NCBI GenBank assembly: GCA_043228905.1
Contig: JBHGNT010000017.1
Location: 13,268,001 to 13,332,000 of the forward strand
Reading direction: 5' to 3'
Source: Azolla caroliniana
Taxonomy: Eukaryota; Plantae; Polypodiophyta
DNA: 64,000 bases
Position numbers and translations under genes: made by a program. Below, one piece after another: positions 23,099-34,700 of this stretch (position 1 is its first letter; every line of letters starts with the position of its first letter). Under the pieces are notes generated by a model. It did no database searches. It was not told the DNA's origin and worked only from the letters and a program-made list of their open reading frames with translations.

Positions 23099-25541
23099 TC
23101 ACTTCTGAACTTGTGCAACTATCTCTTTGACAAGATTGTCTAGGTCTGTGTCCCGAAGCTTCTTAAAGGGCCTTGGCATGTTCTACAAAAACAAGAGAGA
23201 TTTGACAATAAGGTATTATCTGAATGTGGCGGTCCTGGACATGGAATCACAATTAAAGAAATGGAAGTTCAGGACAACAGACGTACCTGGAGAGAGATGA
23301 AGACTTTCCCCTCCTTATCCCGTATCTCAAAGCATCCTTTCCTAGGCTGAAGAAAACAGTGAATACGATATTAAAAAAACATAGAGCAAAGATGCATCAT
23401 CATAGGATACAAACGCTTATGTGAGCTTATTATTTATGTACAAACATTAGTTCCCTACGTCCAAATAAATATGTAGATGTGTGTATATTTATTATTTATG
23501 TATATATATATGTATATATATGTATATACATGCATGTAAATGCATTATCATAGCATAAAAATGCATCGGTAAGATTATTGTGTATGAACAATGATCCAAC
23601 GGATAGTGCCCTACGTCAAAACAATAAAAAATGCATGGATATGAAACTATGAATGGATGCATGCATGTAATGTATGTATCAACAGAACAACGATTAGCAG
23701 AAAGAGAAATCACCTTATCAGGATTCACAACCACCTCTATCCCAGAAAGAGCTTTCGTCAGATCCTCTTGAACCTTGGCAGCCCTTGTCTTGAAAACATT
23801 ACATTCTTTGCTGTAGGGGAAAAAAGCAATAAATATGCACATATATTAGAGACCACAATGATCTAGCACCATATAAAACCAAAAATATGAATGGCATCAT
23901 GAAGACAAAGTCTAATGTAGCATATAGTAAATGAGCCAGATTCAACAATTATGATAGATGTCATCATTTGTTATTGATTGTGATGTAAGAGTTACCAATA
24001 ATTTTAAGGCAAAAATATGCACGAAATCGAGAATTTTATTGAAATGTGAAACCAAATCATTGGTCTAAATAAGAAAACACATTCTGGGTCTGATTGCTTT
24101 TGTGGCAATCCTGCCTGAAAAGGCTATTCTAACATGGACAGACAGACGGTTACCTTTATGTGAAGAATGCCTAATCTCTCATCTATAAAACGACCATTCT
24201 TACCCAACAGTACTGCATGCAAAAAAAGACCTAGAATAACTCTTAAGAAAATGAAAATGGCTGCTAAAACATACATAAGATGGCCAAGATTATGCAGATA
24301 AACTTCTATCTAGCTAAAACATTCCCGAAAATAGAAAAACACTTCCACTGAGATAGCATAAACAGTGTCTACACACAGATAAATCAAAACAAACACAAAC
24401 ACACGACGAAAATACACTAAACTAACACATAACCAAAGGACAATGTCTATAGACCTACCTAGCATAAGCAAAACTCTAAAATGCATTTTTGGTTAAGGAT
24501 CACAACAGAGAACTTATATAACTTTTAGCAAAATTAAACCCTCCAAGAAAAAATTTCCTATCTATAAGTACGAGCTAACCAACAGTTCAGTAAAGCAGGA
24601 AAGCTCACATACCTCGCCTCAATAATGATGAGGGAAGTTGGTTGAGTTGTTTTTGCCCCACGCTGCTTTTTTTCATTACGTTCTTCTTCTTTCTCAACGT
24701 CATTATTGCCTTTGTTATTCTCGTCATCCACAACTTTGTTCTTCTTGGATGGAGGAGGAAGTTTCTTAGGAGCAGGTTTTGCGACCTGACTCTCTTTACT
24801 CTCAGCTTTAACTCTCTGAGCAGAAGGTTTTGTAGTTACTTCTTCTTCTTCTTCTATTTCATTATGTTCATTTTCTTCTTCTTCTTCTTTTTGTTGGACA
24901 ATGAGGGATGTTGGTTGAGCTGTTTTTCTCCCACGCTGCTTTTCCTTTTGTCCTTCGCCTTTCTCAACTTCACCATTGCCTCTGTCGATCTTTTCATCCA
25001 CAACTTTCTTCTTCTTGGATGGAGGAACAGGTTTTGCCACCTGACTACTCTCCTTCCTCGCAGCTTTACTTCTCAGAGCAGAAGGCTTCTTAGTTGCTTC
25101 TTCTTCTTCTATTTCATTTTCTCCTTCTTCTTCTTCTTCTTCTTCATCATCATCGTCATGTTTTCCTTCAACGATGAGGGACGCTGGTTGAGTTAGTTTT
25201 CTCCCACGCTGCTTTTTCTCCTCACGTCCTTCTTCTTTCTCATTATTCCCTTCATCCTCAACTTTCTTCTTCTTCCTGGATGGAGGAGGAGCAAGCTTCT
25301 GCTCAGCAACAGGTTTTGAAACCAGCTGCTCCTTCCTCTCAGCAACAGGTTTAGCTCTCTTTGCAGAAGGTTTCTTAGATGCTTCTTCTTCTGCTTCTTC
25401 TTCTATTTCATCACCGTCGTCTACTACTTCATGAAGTTCTTTCCCGCCTTCTTCTCCAACAACAGAGGTGCGTGGAAGAGGAGGTTCCTTAGAAGCCTTT
25501 GCAGAAGAAGAATTACGAGTACTCCTCCTCTTAGGAGCCAT
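23099..25541 (-). CDS. SelT/SelW/SelH (Rdx) family thioredoxin-like protein, SelH-like, with a long K/E-rich repeated N-terminus (~389 aa)
   Basis: Exons 25541-24613, 23810-23714, 23346-23287 and 23182-23099 (GT-AG introns) give IIIEASKECNVFKTRA...VNPDKPRKGCFEIR...FISLQNMPRPFKKL, matching plant SelH-like proteins. Confidence 0.9.
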
Positions 25542-25547
25542 GCTTAT

Positions 25548-25678
25548 GTCTGTCTGTCTGTCTGTCTGTCTGTCGGTTGCTGCACCGGCACCAACCCTAA
25601 CAGTAACCCTAACCCTAACCCTAACCCTAACAGTAACAGTGACAGCGACAGCGGCAGAGAGTGAGAGACAGGGAAAGT

Positions 25679-25719
<41 letters not shown>
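25548..25719. repeat. Microsatellites in the 5' region of the SelH-like gene: (TCTG)n, (CCCTAA)n-like, (GA)n
   Basis: Directly visible simple repeats. Confidence 0.9.
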
Positions 25720-25724
<5 letters not shown>

Positions 25725-26149
25725 TACCGGACTAATTTGAATTTACCGACTTCTTCTTCAATATATTTTCAAGTGAGCGACGAAGCACGTGACGGGGGTG
25801 ATGATGACGCACGCACGCACGTGACGCACCGGTGACGATGGCTGTCGTCATCACACCTGCTCCATCCATGACGACCGCCCCGAGAAGGCTCCAATGGAAA
25901 GCCGCGTGCCCGCCCAGCCATACGTATCGTCTTTTGGTGTGCGCTCGATTGAAAGCATTTTGACTGTTAGGGCACATAACTTCATGACAATCGTAGTGGA
26001 ACTTCTCCTTTTTTTCCATAAAGATTTCCTTCATTAGTATTAAGAAAAAACGTCGTAAGGCTACAAACTGTACAATTGGAGAGTGTTATATACAAAAAGG
26101 ATAATCAGGGGAAGGGTTAGGGATGATGATATTTTCATATAGGTCCTTG

Positions 26150-27990
26150 AGAGGAGACCGTGAATAGAGGCAACTTCCTCCATAACTGCAATAATTTTTT
26201 CCTTTTCTTAAGAACAACCTCCGAAGGGCCCAACATATTGTCATATTGCCCACGCACTACCACCAATAAGTTGTCCCATAATTCTAGTAATATATCTTAG
26301 AGAAGGGGAATTATAGAATGATATCATCTTTTACACAGATACTTCCATAAGGTCCATAATGTAACTGTGGATATTGTTTTCCATACATGGGCTGCACACA
26401 TTTGCTTTCGAGGTTGTTGAAAAGGGGAGACAGACATTAGATGCCTGTTGACGACTGTCTTAGCCTCTAGAGCATCATCTGCCTCATACAATAAGAGACT
26501 GGAATGGAGAACCCCCCATATCGTTGATCCCCAGGAGAATAGGCAACCTACATTAATTGTTAGGAATAAAGAAAGAACTTTATTCCATACCTGTTGGGCT
26601 ATTGAACATGACCAGAGAGCATGCTTGGTAGTTTCCTGCAAGTCACCACAATAACTACATTGTCTAAGAACGGGTGCCACGTTTCCTTTTAAAGACTGAC
26701 CTACTGGTAGTGTTGCATGTAGTAAAAGCCATCTAAAGAGAGTGTATTTTGTTGGTCCACTAAAAGACCAAATCCATTTCCAATAAGCCTTCAAGTGATT
26801 GCTTGATACACCCCACTTATTCCAGTGCTTTTGAGCCGCAGGAGTTGGAATATTCTTAGACATGAGTAAGGTTCTACCAATTTTCACAATATACTGAAAG
26901 AACAGAACTTTTTTGCATTGGATCCATCATGGGACTAGTCCAAGATCATCCCCTTGGGTCCCACATTAGCCTATTATTTGGTTGTCATGCATATAACCAA
27001 AGCATATTCGACAAATGGGCTATTGACGGTTGTGGATCCAAGAGCCATTTCTTACCAGATTCGGCAATCACCCTAACTAGCAGCAAGCAGGTTTTGCAGC
27101 AAATTATTAGAGGGTGTATAAGGCTGCAATTTATTATCTTGTTGAATATGGAAATAAAAAATACACCCGTCTGTAGAAATTCCTTTAACAAAGAGCATCA
27201 TGCCATTCGTCAGGCAACCAAACCACATATGCTCCTTCATTGGCTGAAGTCGTGATGAGGCCTGAGAGAAGGATGTTGAAATATCCATTGTCATTGTCTT
27301 CGCCCCATATATCGAGTGTAACTACTTAAGGCGATCCACTTCTAGCATCTGCTAAAAATGAATCCAGGATCTTACTGATGTTGCTGACCCATTGTCTAAT
27401 TTTCCCCATGCAAGACAAGGTCTAAGGCCCAATACATTTCGAGTAGAATCCCGAACAAGAGAATTAGCCAAAAGCGGTTGATTCATCCAACTATCCAATG
27501 TGTTAGGCATGTCCTTGCGTAAAAAAATCTTGATTGCATCCCATGCTCTGACGATCCCTAGTAGAAATCTATTGGATGTTAGATTCCGTCTCGGTGTCTA
27601 AATATATGTCAAGAACATCCATTTAAAAGACGGCGACCAGTTTCCTCCCATCTTGGGAGATAATTGCATCAGCTGATTAAGCAACATATCCTTCCATGCC
27701 TCTGTCCCTGGCAACAATCCTCTGACTACAAACTTTGTCAAGAGAGCTCGAGATTGTATCAAGGGATCTATTAGAGCCAACCCTCCCTGACTTTTTGGCC
27801 TAATCAAAACATCCCATGCCACCTTGGCCACTACACGAGATCCATTTTTTCCACCCCAAACGAAGTTACGTATGAGGCTTTGAACTTTCATGATTGCTGA
27901 CCTAGAGAACAACCAAGCAGATGCGATAAACCACATTGAGGCCAACAACACCAAATTTGCAATGACAACCCGACCTACAATTACAATCGT
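26150..27990 (-). mobile_element. L1-type LINE ORF2 3' remnant (post-RT region, zf-RVT)
   Basis: IRNFVWGG...KVAWDVLIRPKSQGGLAL and CSYCGDLQETTKHALWSC, with frameshifts. Confidence 0.85.
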
Positions 27991-30406
27991 AGTGGAACTA
28001 ATCTCTATGCATATATATAATATGCCTTTTCCTTGCATAGATTTTGGCATAGTTGCGGCTCCATTGGGTTCCTTATGGTCATTGGAATGCTTGCGGATGG
28101 CGGTGTTATCGTGTGATGAAGGTGTACATACACGTATTGCAGCAACGATTAAGTTGGCAATTGCATGGCTCTACTACTTATATTATGTTATTGGCTTGTT
28201 GGGTATATTTACTGATTGGGGCGTTTATTGCACGTCGAGCGGGATGAGCATACCTTGCTTCTAGTGTCATTTATGTGATGTGGGTGGTGGATGCCTATGG
28301 TAGTTGGTTGGTTGGCACAATGTTTGGTCGCGTAAATGCCCATGCATGTGCTACTCGTGCAGGATAACACAAGGACCATGGAGGATGCAAGGACTTGGAA
28401 GGTGCAGACATTAGGCGACTCAAACATTCTTAGGTGTCGAAATCTTGTCAAAGTCGAAGGCTTTTCAAAGTTGAAATCTCTTCAGATTTGAAGAGCCCTT
28501 TTTAGACTCAAAGACTGGCCTGAGTCAAAGGCTCTTGAGACTCAAAGGGTCTTCATATGTGAAGGTTGTTTAGAAGTGAAGGCTCACCAGACTCGAAGGT
28601 TCTCTAAACTCAAAGGCTCTTTAGAGTCAAATGCTCATAGGACGAGAAGGGACCAACGAGTCAAATGATGATTAACATACAAGGTTAATACCAAAATACG
28701 TGATTTGCACAAGGAACACAAGGGTGAAGGCTGAAACACTAGATTAAGAAGAAAAATCCCTTTATAAAGTAGGGTTACAATTGTACATAGCGATTAGTTT
28801 CAATGGCAGTAACGAGAAATGATACAATGAACGATTAGAAGATAGCCATTAAGTTTAAACGAATCAAAAGTTGGGGGGGGGGGGGGGGGGGGAGTCAATC
28901 GAATTTCCAGTGAAGGTGTGAGTCAACTGGGCCACTGAGATCTTGCCTCAAATCAAAGTAGCATCCCTTTAAACGACTGATGAACATGTTTGCCTAACCC
29001 CTTCTTTGAATCCACCGACACGTAACAACCCTTGGTACAGAATTGGTCTCAATGTACACTTGACAACAACAACAAGGACCATTAAATCTGGCGAAGAAGA
29101 AAACCCTAAACTCTCAAGTAAGTTGAGACAAGAACCAAAAGAATCCCTAAAGTTTGAAGAAGAAACGAAGATTTCCTAATGGTATGCTCCAAGACACGCA
29201 ACCTCAAACCCTAATGGTACACCCCAAACTACACAATAGGCAACTTCCTAATGGTACACGCACTCCTGAACCAAAATGAGCAACCCAAAGTAAGCCATGT
29301 TCTCCTCTTTTTATAGAGAAAAGAGGCGCCCAATTTTCGCATTAAATGTGCTTATTCCCTATCTTTCCTCGAAAAAGAAAAACGAATCAATTGTCCTTAA
29401 TCAGTGTTTATTCCTTGGATACACCTTTAGTACAAGGTCTATGGTTTTATTTATTATATTTAACTTTTCATATTTGCATGTATTTTTATGGATGTGAGTG
29501 GATCCTCCCTTTTTCCACTTTCTACCTTAGGCCATGCCACATCGCAACATCGCCATTATTGAGGATTTGGTTAATGAGAGATGGGTTAAAATGTGATGTT
29601 GAAGGAGGAGGAGGAGCATAACTAAAAGTTGTCTCTCTCTCATGCTTTCTTCTTCTTTTATTTGTTTATACGTCCTTAATAAGCTGAGCACAACATAGAC
29701 TTTCTTCTCTACTATGCCATAACCACAACCATAACACAAGAAAGTTTCCTTATACCACTCCTTTATAGTTGCCTATCACTTCTTCTTCTCCTACCTCCAA
29801 TGGTTGTTAGTATATTTGTTTCCTCATCTTATGCTTCTTCTTCTCCTACCTCCTATGGTTGCTTTCATATTTGTTTCCTCATCTTATAGTGTCTGCCCCA
29901 TGGGGGTTTCTTCTTCTATTTCTTCTTATGCTACAGTTTCCTCCTTTCCTGTTCACTATGGTGCCATGGTTGCATCCCCTTCTCTATTGTTTGTGCTTTC
30001 CATCATCACCATGGGCATTTGTGATAGGATCCACGATAGCACTTCATCACTTATTAAGAGCCAAATATTATCGTATGCAAGTTATTGAAGGAAAAAAACA
30101 AAATACACAACAATGATATACCACAAACTTTTAAATGTGGAAAATCCTCAAGGAGCGAATAAAAACCACGTGACCAAGTCCAAAAACAATTCACTATCAT
30201 CATATGCATTCGTACCCCAAAGTTCTATTCTAAATATATTAGAGTACTATGTAAAGAGGAAAATATCCTAAACCCAACGACTCGCACGAAGTGGCTAGTA
30301 ATAGAGGTAGTGATGTCCAAAAATGTTGTTTAATTGATGTACTTAGAAGCTCTAATGGAGAAGGCCAAGAAGAAAAGTATGAACTCTCCAAAATTCTGTT
30401 TCACGC

Positions 30407-31492
30407 TGTCGTGAAGATTTTCGGCAATAGTGTGAAAATCCCATAAAACGTACGAAATCGAGTATGAATCATGTAGTACAATAATTGTGAAGATAACATT
30501 TTAAATAGATTTAATATCTAAGTACAAAATGATGGAGGTTTCGAATGCACTTTATTACACGAGAAACGGACAACTAAATGTCAAGATATGAGGGTATAAA
30601 GTTTGTAAAAGGAAAGGAGAAAATTGTGAGATATCCCACATAGGCACGACAAATACAGCTCTCATCATATATAAGGTGGAGCAAAAGATATTATCTTTGT
30701 GTTTATGTGTGGAGCATAGAGAGTTCAAGGTAACTTGAACTAAGAGTGGAGGTGGGCTAGCTACTCGTAAAGGGTTTTGGCCAACCAAAACCGGACCGAC
30801 GATGGAGCCGGTGATCCGGCGACAATCCGGCACCGGTATCCGGCGAGGCACCGGTAACCGACGGTATCCGGCGGCGGCATCCGGTGACGGCACCGGTAAC
30901 CGTCGGCATTCGGCGAACCGGCGTCCGGTGACTAGATAAATAAATATATAAATATATATACATATTTACATATACAAGGAGGGCAAGTAAGGATTCGAAC
31001 CTTGCACCTCCAAGTTAGGAGTCAATTGGCTTACCATGCTATTTAGTTGAAATTATATTTCTATCATTGTACTTTTACATGTAAATTCTCATACATGAGA
31101 ACTAAAATGAGTGACATGGTTATCATGCACCATATGTAATACATAAGCGCCAAATGGCAAACATGCAATTTATGCATGTCTTGTACCCTCACATGCATCA
31201 TATGCATGAGAGCATCTATAAAAGAGGGAAGGGGGAGAAGAAAAAACACGGTTTTTTTTTATGAAAATTAAGAAGAGGAAATTCGTTATCAAATTGATCG
31301 TGTAACTTGTTTCTTAAATCTAAAGTTAAAAGTTCAATCAATCTCTCTCAATCGTGTAATCTCAACTTCTCTCTTTCCCAATCTATCTTAAGTACTTTCT
31401 CGCCAAAGCTTGTATCGACTCTAAATCCTTCTGGTCCAAAACCCCAGCGGTTCCGCCTCACGATCCGCGCGTAGTGACGGATCTTCACGACA
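30407..31492 (+). mobile_element. Solo LTR related to the 14528-17900 family
   Basis: Termini TGTCGTGAAGAT...ATCTTCACGACA; ACGC duplicated on both sides. Shares GTCCAAAACCCCAG.GGTTCC and the tRNA-like motif with the gag-only element LTR. Internal CCGG-rich repeats at ~30790-30930. Confidence 0.85.
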
Positions 31493-31599
31493 ACGCTCTA
31501 ATAGAAATCTACATGTTCCCCCCTTTTCTCACTTTTAAAAAGTGAGTATATATGTAAAAACTAAGGCAAGGTAACAATAGGAAGAGTGAGAGAAGGATT

Positions 31600-31694
31600 G
31601 ATTATGAAAGGGAATAGAAGAGATAGTAGTGGATAGAGCGAGCAAGCCAGCAAGAGTGACGATGGAAGGAAATTGGCGATATAGCAATAGCAAT

Positions 31695-31729
<35 letters not shown>

Positions 31730-34700
31730 ACAATGTACAGAAAACAAGAAAATTGTATATTGACAAGAATAAGACAACCAACAGTTACAAAGAGGAAGAG
31801 AAAGGTGGTTATGTAGTCACATTCTCTCTATACAACCACCACTTACTAAAGAGAGGTGGAGACTTAACTACACTAAATATGTGTCATAGAATTTCGGCTT
31901 TGAGTTGGCTCCAGCTTCGACTTTGGATGGCCGGCTCACTCTTGTGTTCGCTTTGGTTCGTTCAACGTCATGTTGGATGGATCCTTATACACACTCCCCC
32001 TCAAGCTCGGCTGGTCGGTGATCGAGAGACCGAGGTTTGTTGTGAACTGCCGTAGTTTGTCGTCTCCCAGGGCCTTCATGAAGATGTCAACCATTTGCAG
32101 ATTCATGTTGATGTGTTGCAGGTCGACATCTCTGGCCAGGACATGTTCTCGAATGAAATGATAGTGCACCTCAACATGCTTAGTCCGAGCGTGGAAAATT
32201 GGGTTTTAAGCCAGATGAATGTTGCTCATGTTGTCGCAATACACAAGAATTGGATCCTTGATGGGAACACCCAAATCCTGCAAGATTCATTTTAGCCAAA
32301 CAACATTGCATGCGGCGACGACCGCGCCCCTGTATTCAGCTTTTGTGCTCGACAATGCGATTGTCGGCTGCTTCTTACTGCTCCATGATATGGCTCCGCT
32401 ATTGAGGGAGAAGACAAATCCAGATGTTGATCATCTATCGACTTTGTAGTTGGCCCAATCGGCATTGGTGTAACCTTCGAGTCAAATCGGTGAGACCGAT
32501 TTGTAGAGGATGTCGTAATCCATGGTCCCACTCACATACCTTAGTACTCGCTTAGCACAGTTGAGATGAATGTCACGCGGAGTCTGCATGAACTGGTTAA
32601 GGAGTCCGACCGAGTAACTGAGATCGGGTCGGGTGACAGTGAGATAGATTAGGCTTCCAACTAGCTGACGATAGAAAGTCGGCTCACACTCTTTTGTGCC
32701 AGACTTGGCATCTAGCTTTAGGTTCCGATCGAGAGGGGTAGAGACAAACTTACACTCAGTCATCCTAAAGTTGTTAAGAAGATTGAGAATATAGTGTCGT
32801 TGGGAGATCATGATGCCGTTAGGAGTTCGAATTACTTCTATCCCTAAAAAGTAATGGAGCTCCTTCATGTCTTTCATTTCGAATCGGCCGGAGAGTAGCT
32901 TTTTGGTATGTTCAATATCACAAATGTGCTCTCCTCCAATGACCAAGTCGTCCACAAAAATTATAATTAATAGTTGTCCTTTGGAGTTGCTCCGGATGAA
33001 CATAGAATTGTTGAACTTGGACATTTTGAAGCTAATTTGGTGAAGATAGTGGGTTATCTTCGAATGCCATGTTGTCGGTGTCTGCTTGAGGCCGTAGAGA
33101 GGCTTCTTGAGTCGGCAAAAAACAGTTGAATCCATACCCGACATGAATCTGGATGGTTGTACCATGTACACCTCCTCTTCTAACTCACATTGGAGAAAGG
33201 CATTCTTCACGTCCATTTGGTGGAGGTGCCACCCTTTTGCTATTGTAAACGTGATCATGGTTCGAATGGTAGTCATCTTTGCCACTGGGCCAAAGGTCTC
33301 TTCATAGTTGTTGAGATATCAAGCTCAACTAGTTTAATCTAGTTAGTCAACACATGTAACTTAGTAGTTACCTAGATCGAATCTAGTTAATGTGTTGACC
33401 TTAAGCCTTTAAATAGGACCTTGTACTTAAGTGGGATATTCTAGATCCTCCACTCCTTAGTACATTTAATGTAGGACTTACACATAAGTACCTATGTTCT
33501 ACCCACACATGTGCACCTTTGCACATGGGTTGTATATACACCTCATTGTGGGTATTTTTGTAGTTGATGACACTTTTCAATATAGTCAATCATCCCCCAT
33601 TTATCTTTGTGTTCAAGTGTAACTTCCTCTCTCTCTCTCTTCCTCTCACACACTCTCACCCGCATATCATACTAATCTTCCGCTGCTTAACGTAACCATA
33701 TAATTAGTCTCTAATTAACCCTAGTTAATTACCTAATTACTTAACATGGTATCAGAGCGCGTGGTTTAGGAAATCCACTAAGCCCATCGCTTATTCGTGA
33801 TTGTGTGTTCGAGATGCCGACGACAAATCCCGGCTATTCGCTATCCGCTACCGTAATGCCGCTACGAAGGACGTGTATGCGACCAAGAGAAGAAAAACAA
33901 AACGGAAGACACAACAATCAACATGAACAAACAAATGGGAAGCTCGCTCCCTAGCGAAAAGCTAGACCGAAGCAACTATTCATCTTGGGAGTACAAGATG
34001 AATCAATACCTTGTCGGCCAAGGGTATTGGAGCTACATAAACGACGCACAAGAAAACAAACCCGAAACCACGCACGCCAACTACCCAACATGGGAGCAAG
34101 GCGCGAGTCGGGTAATGTATTGCTTGGAAACATGTGTAAATGACCACATGCTTAGCCACATTCGTGACGCCAAGACGCCCAAAGATGCGTGGGAAAATCT
34201 CAAGAAGATTTTCACCGCGGACACATCCGCGCGCAAGCTTCAACTCTGGCAAGAGTTGAACAACATACGACAAAAAGAAATGTCCGTGACGGACTACACC
34301 GCCAAGATCAAGAGCATTTGCGACTCTCTTGGCTCCATCAACGTCAACATCGATGAGGACGAGATGGTGCAAGTATGCTTGGGCGGCCTCGCATAACAAT
34401 TCAACCCGTTGAGAACGGCAATCTTGGCGAGAGATACCCCTCCCTCGTTCTTCAACCTCTAATCAATGCTATTGGTCGAAGAAAACCACGTTCAACCAAA
34501 GACCAACACATCGGAAGGACAAATGCTCTTCTCCGATACGGATGGTGCCCATAGACGAGGTCGACGCGGAAGAGGTCAATTCGATCTATCCCACGAAGGG
34601 AATTCACAATTTCGACAAGGAAACGGAAGCCATTGAGGAACCTTCACAAGAAGGGGGAGCTTCCATGCCGAACAAGGTCGGCGAACGACGCCACCTATGT

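Noticed and set aside
25593-25630. Interstitial telomere (CCCTAA)n
   Set aside because: Only about five hexamer units, grading into CAGTAA/CAGTGA variants in a 5'UTR; better explained as a microsatellite or telo-box-like tract.
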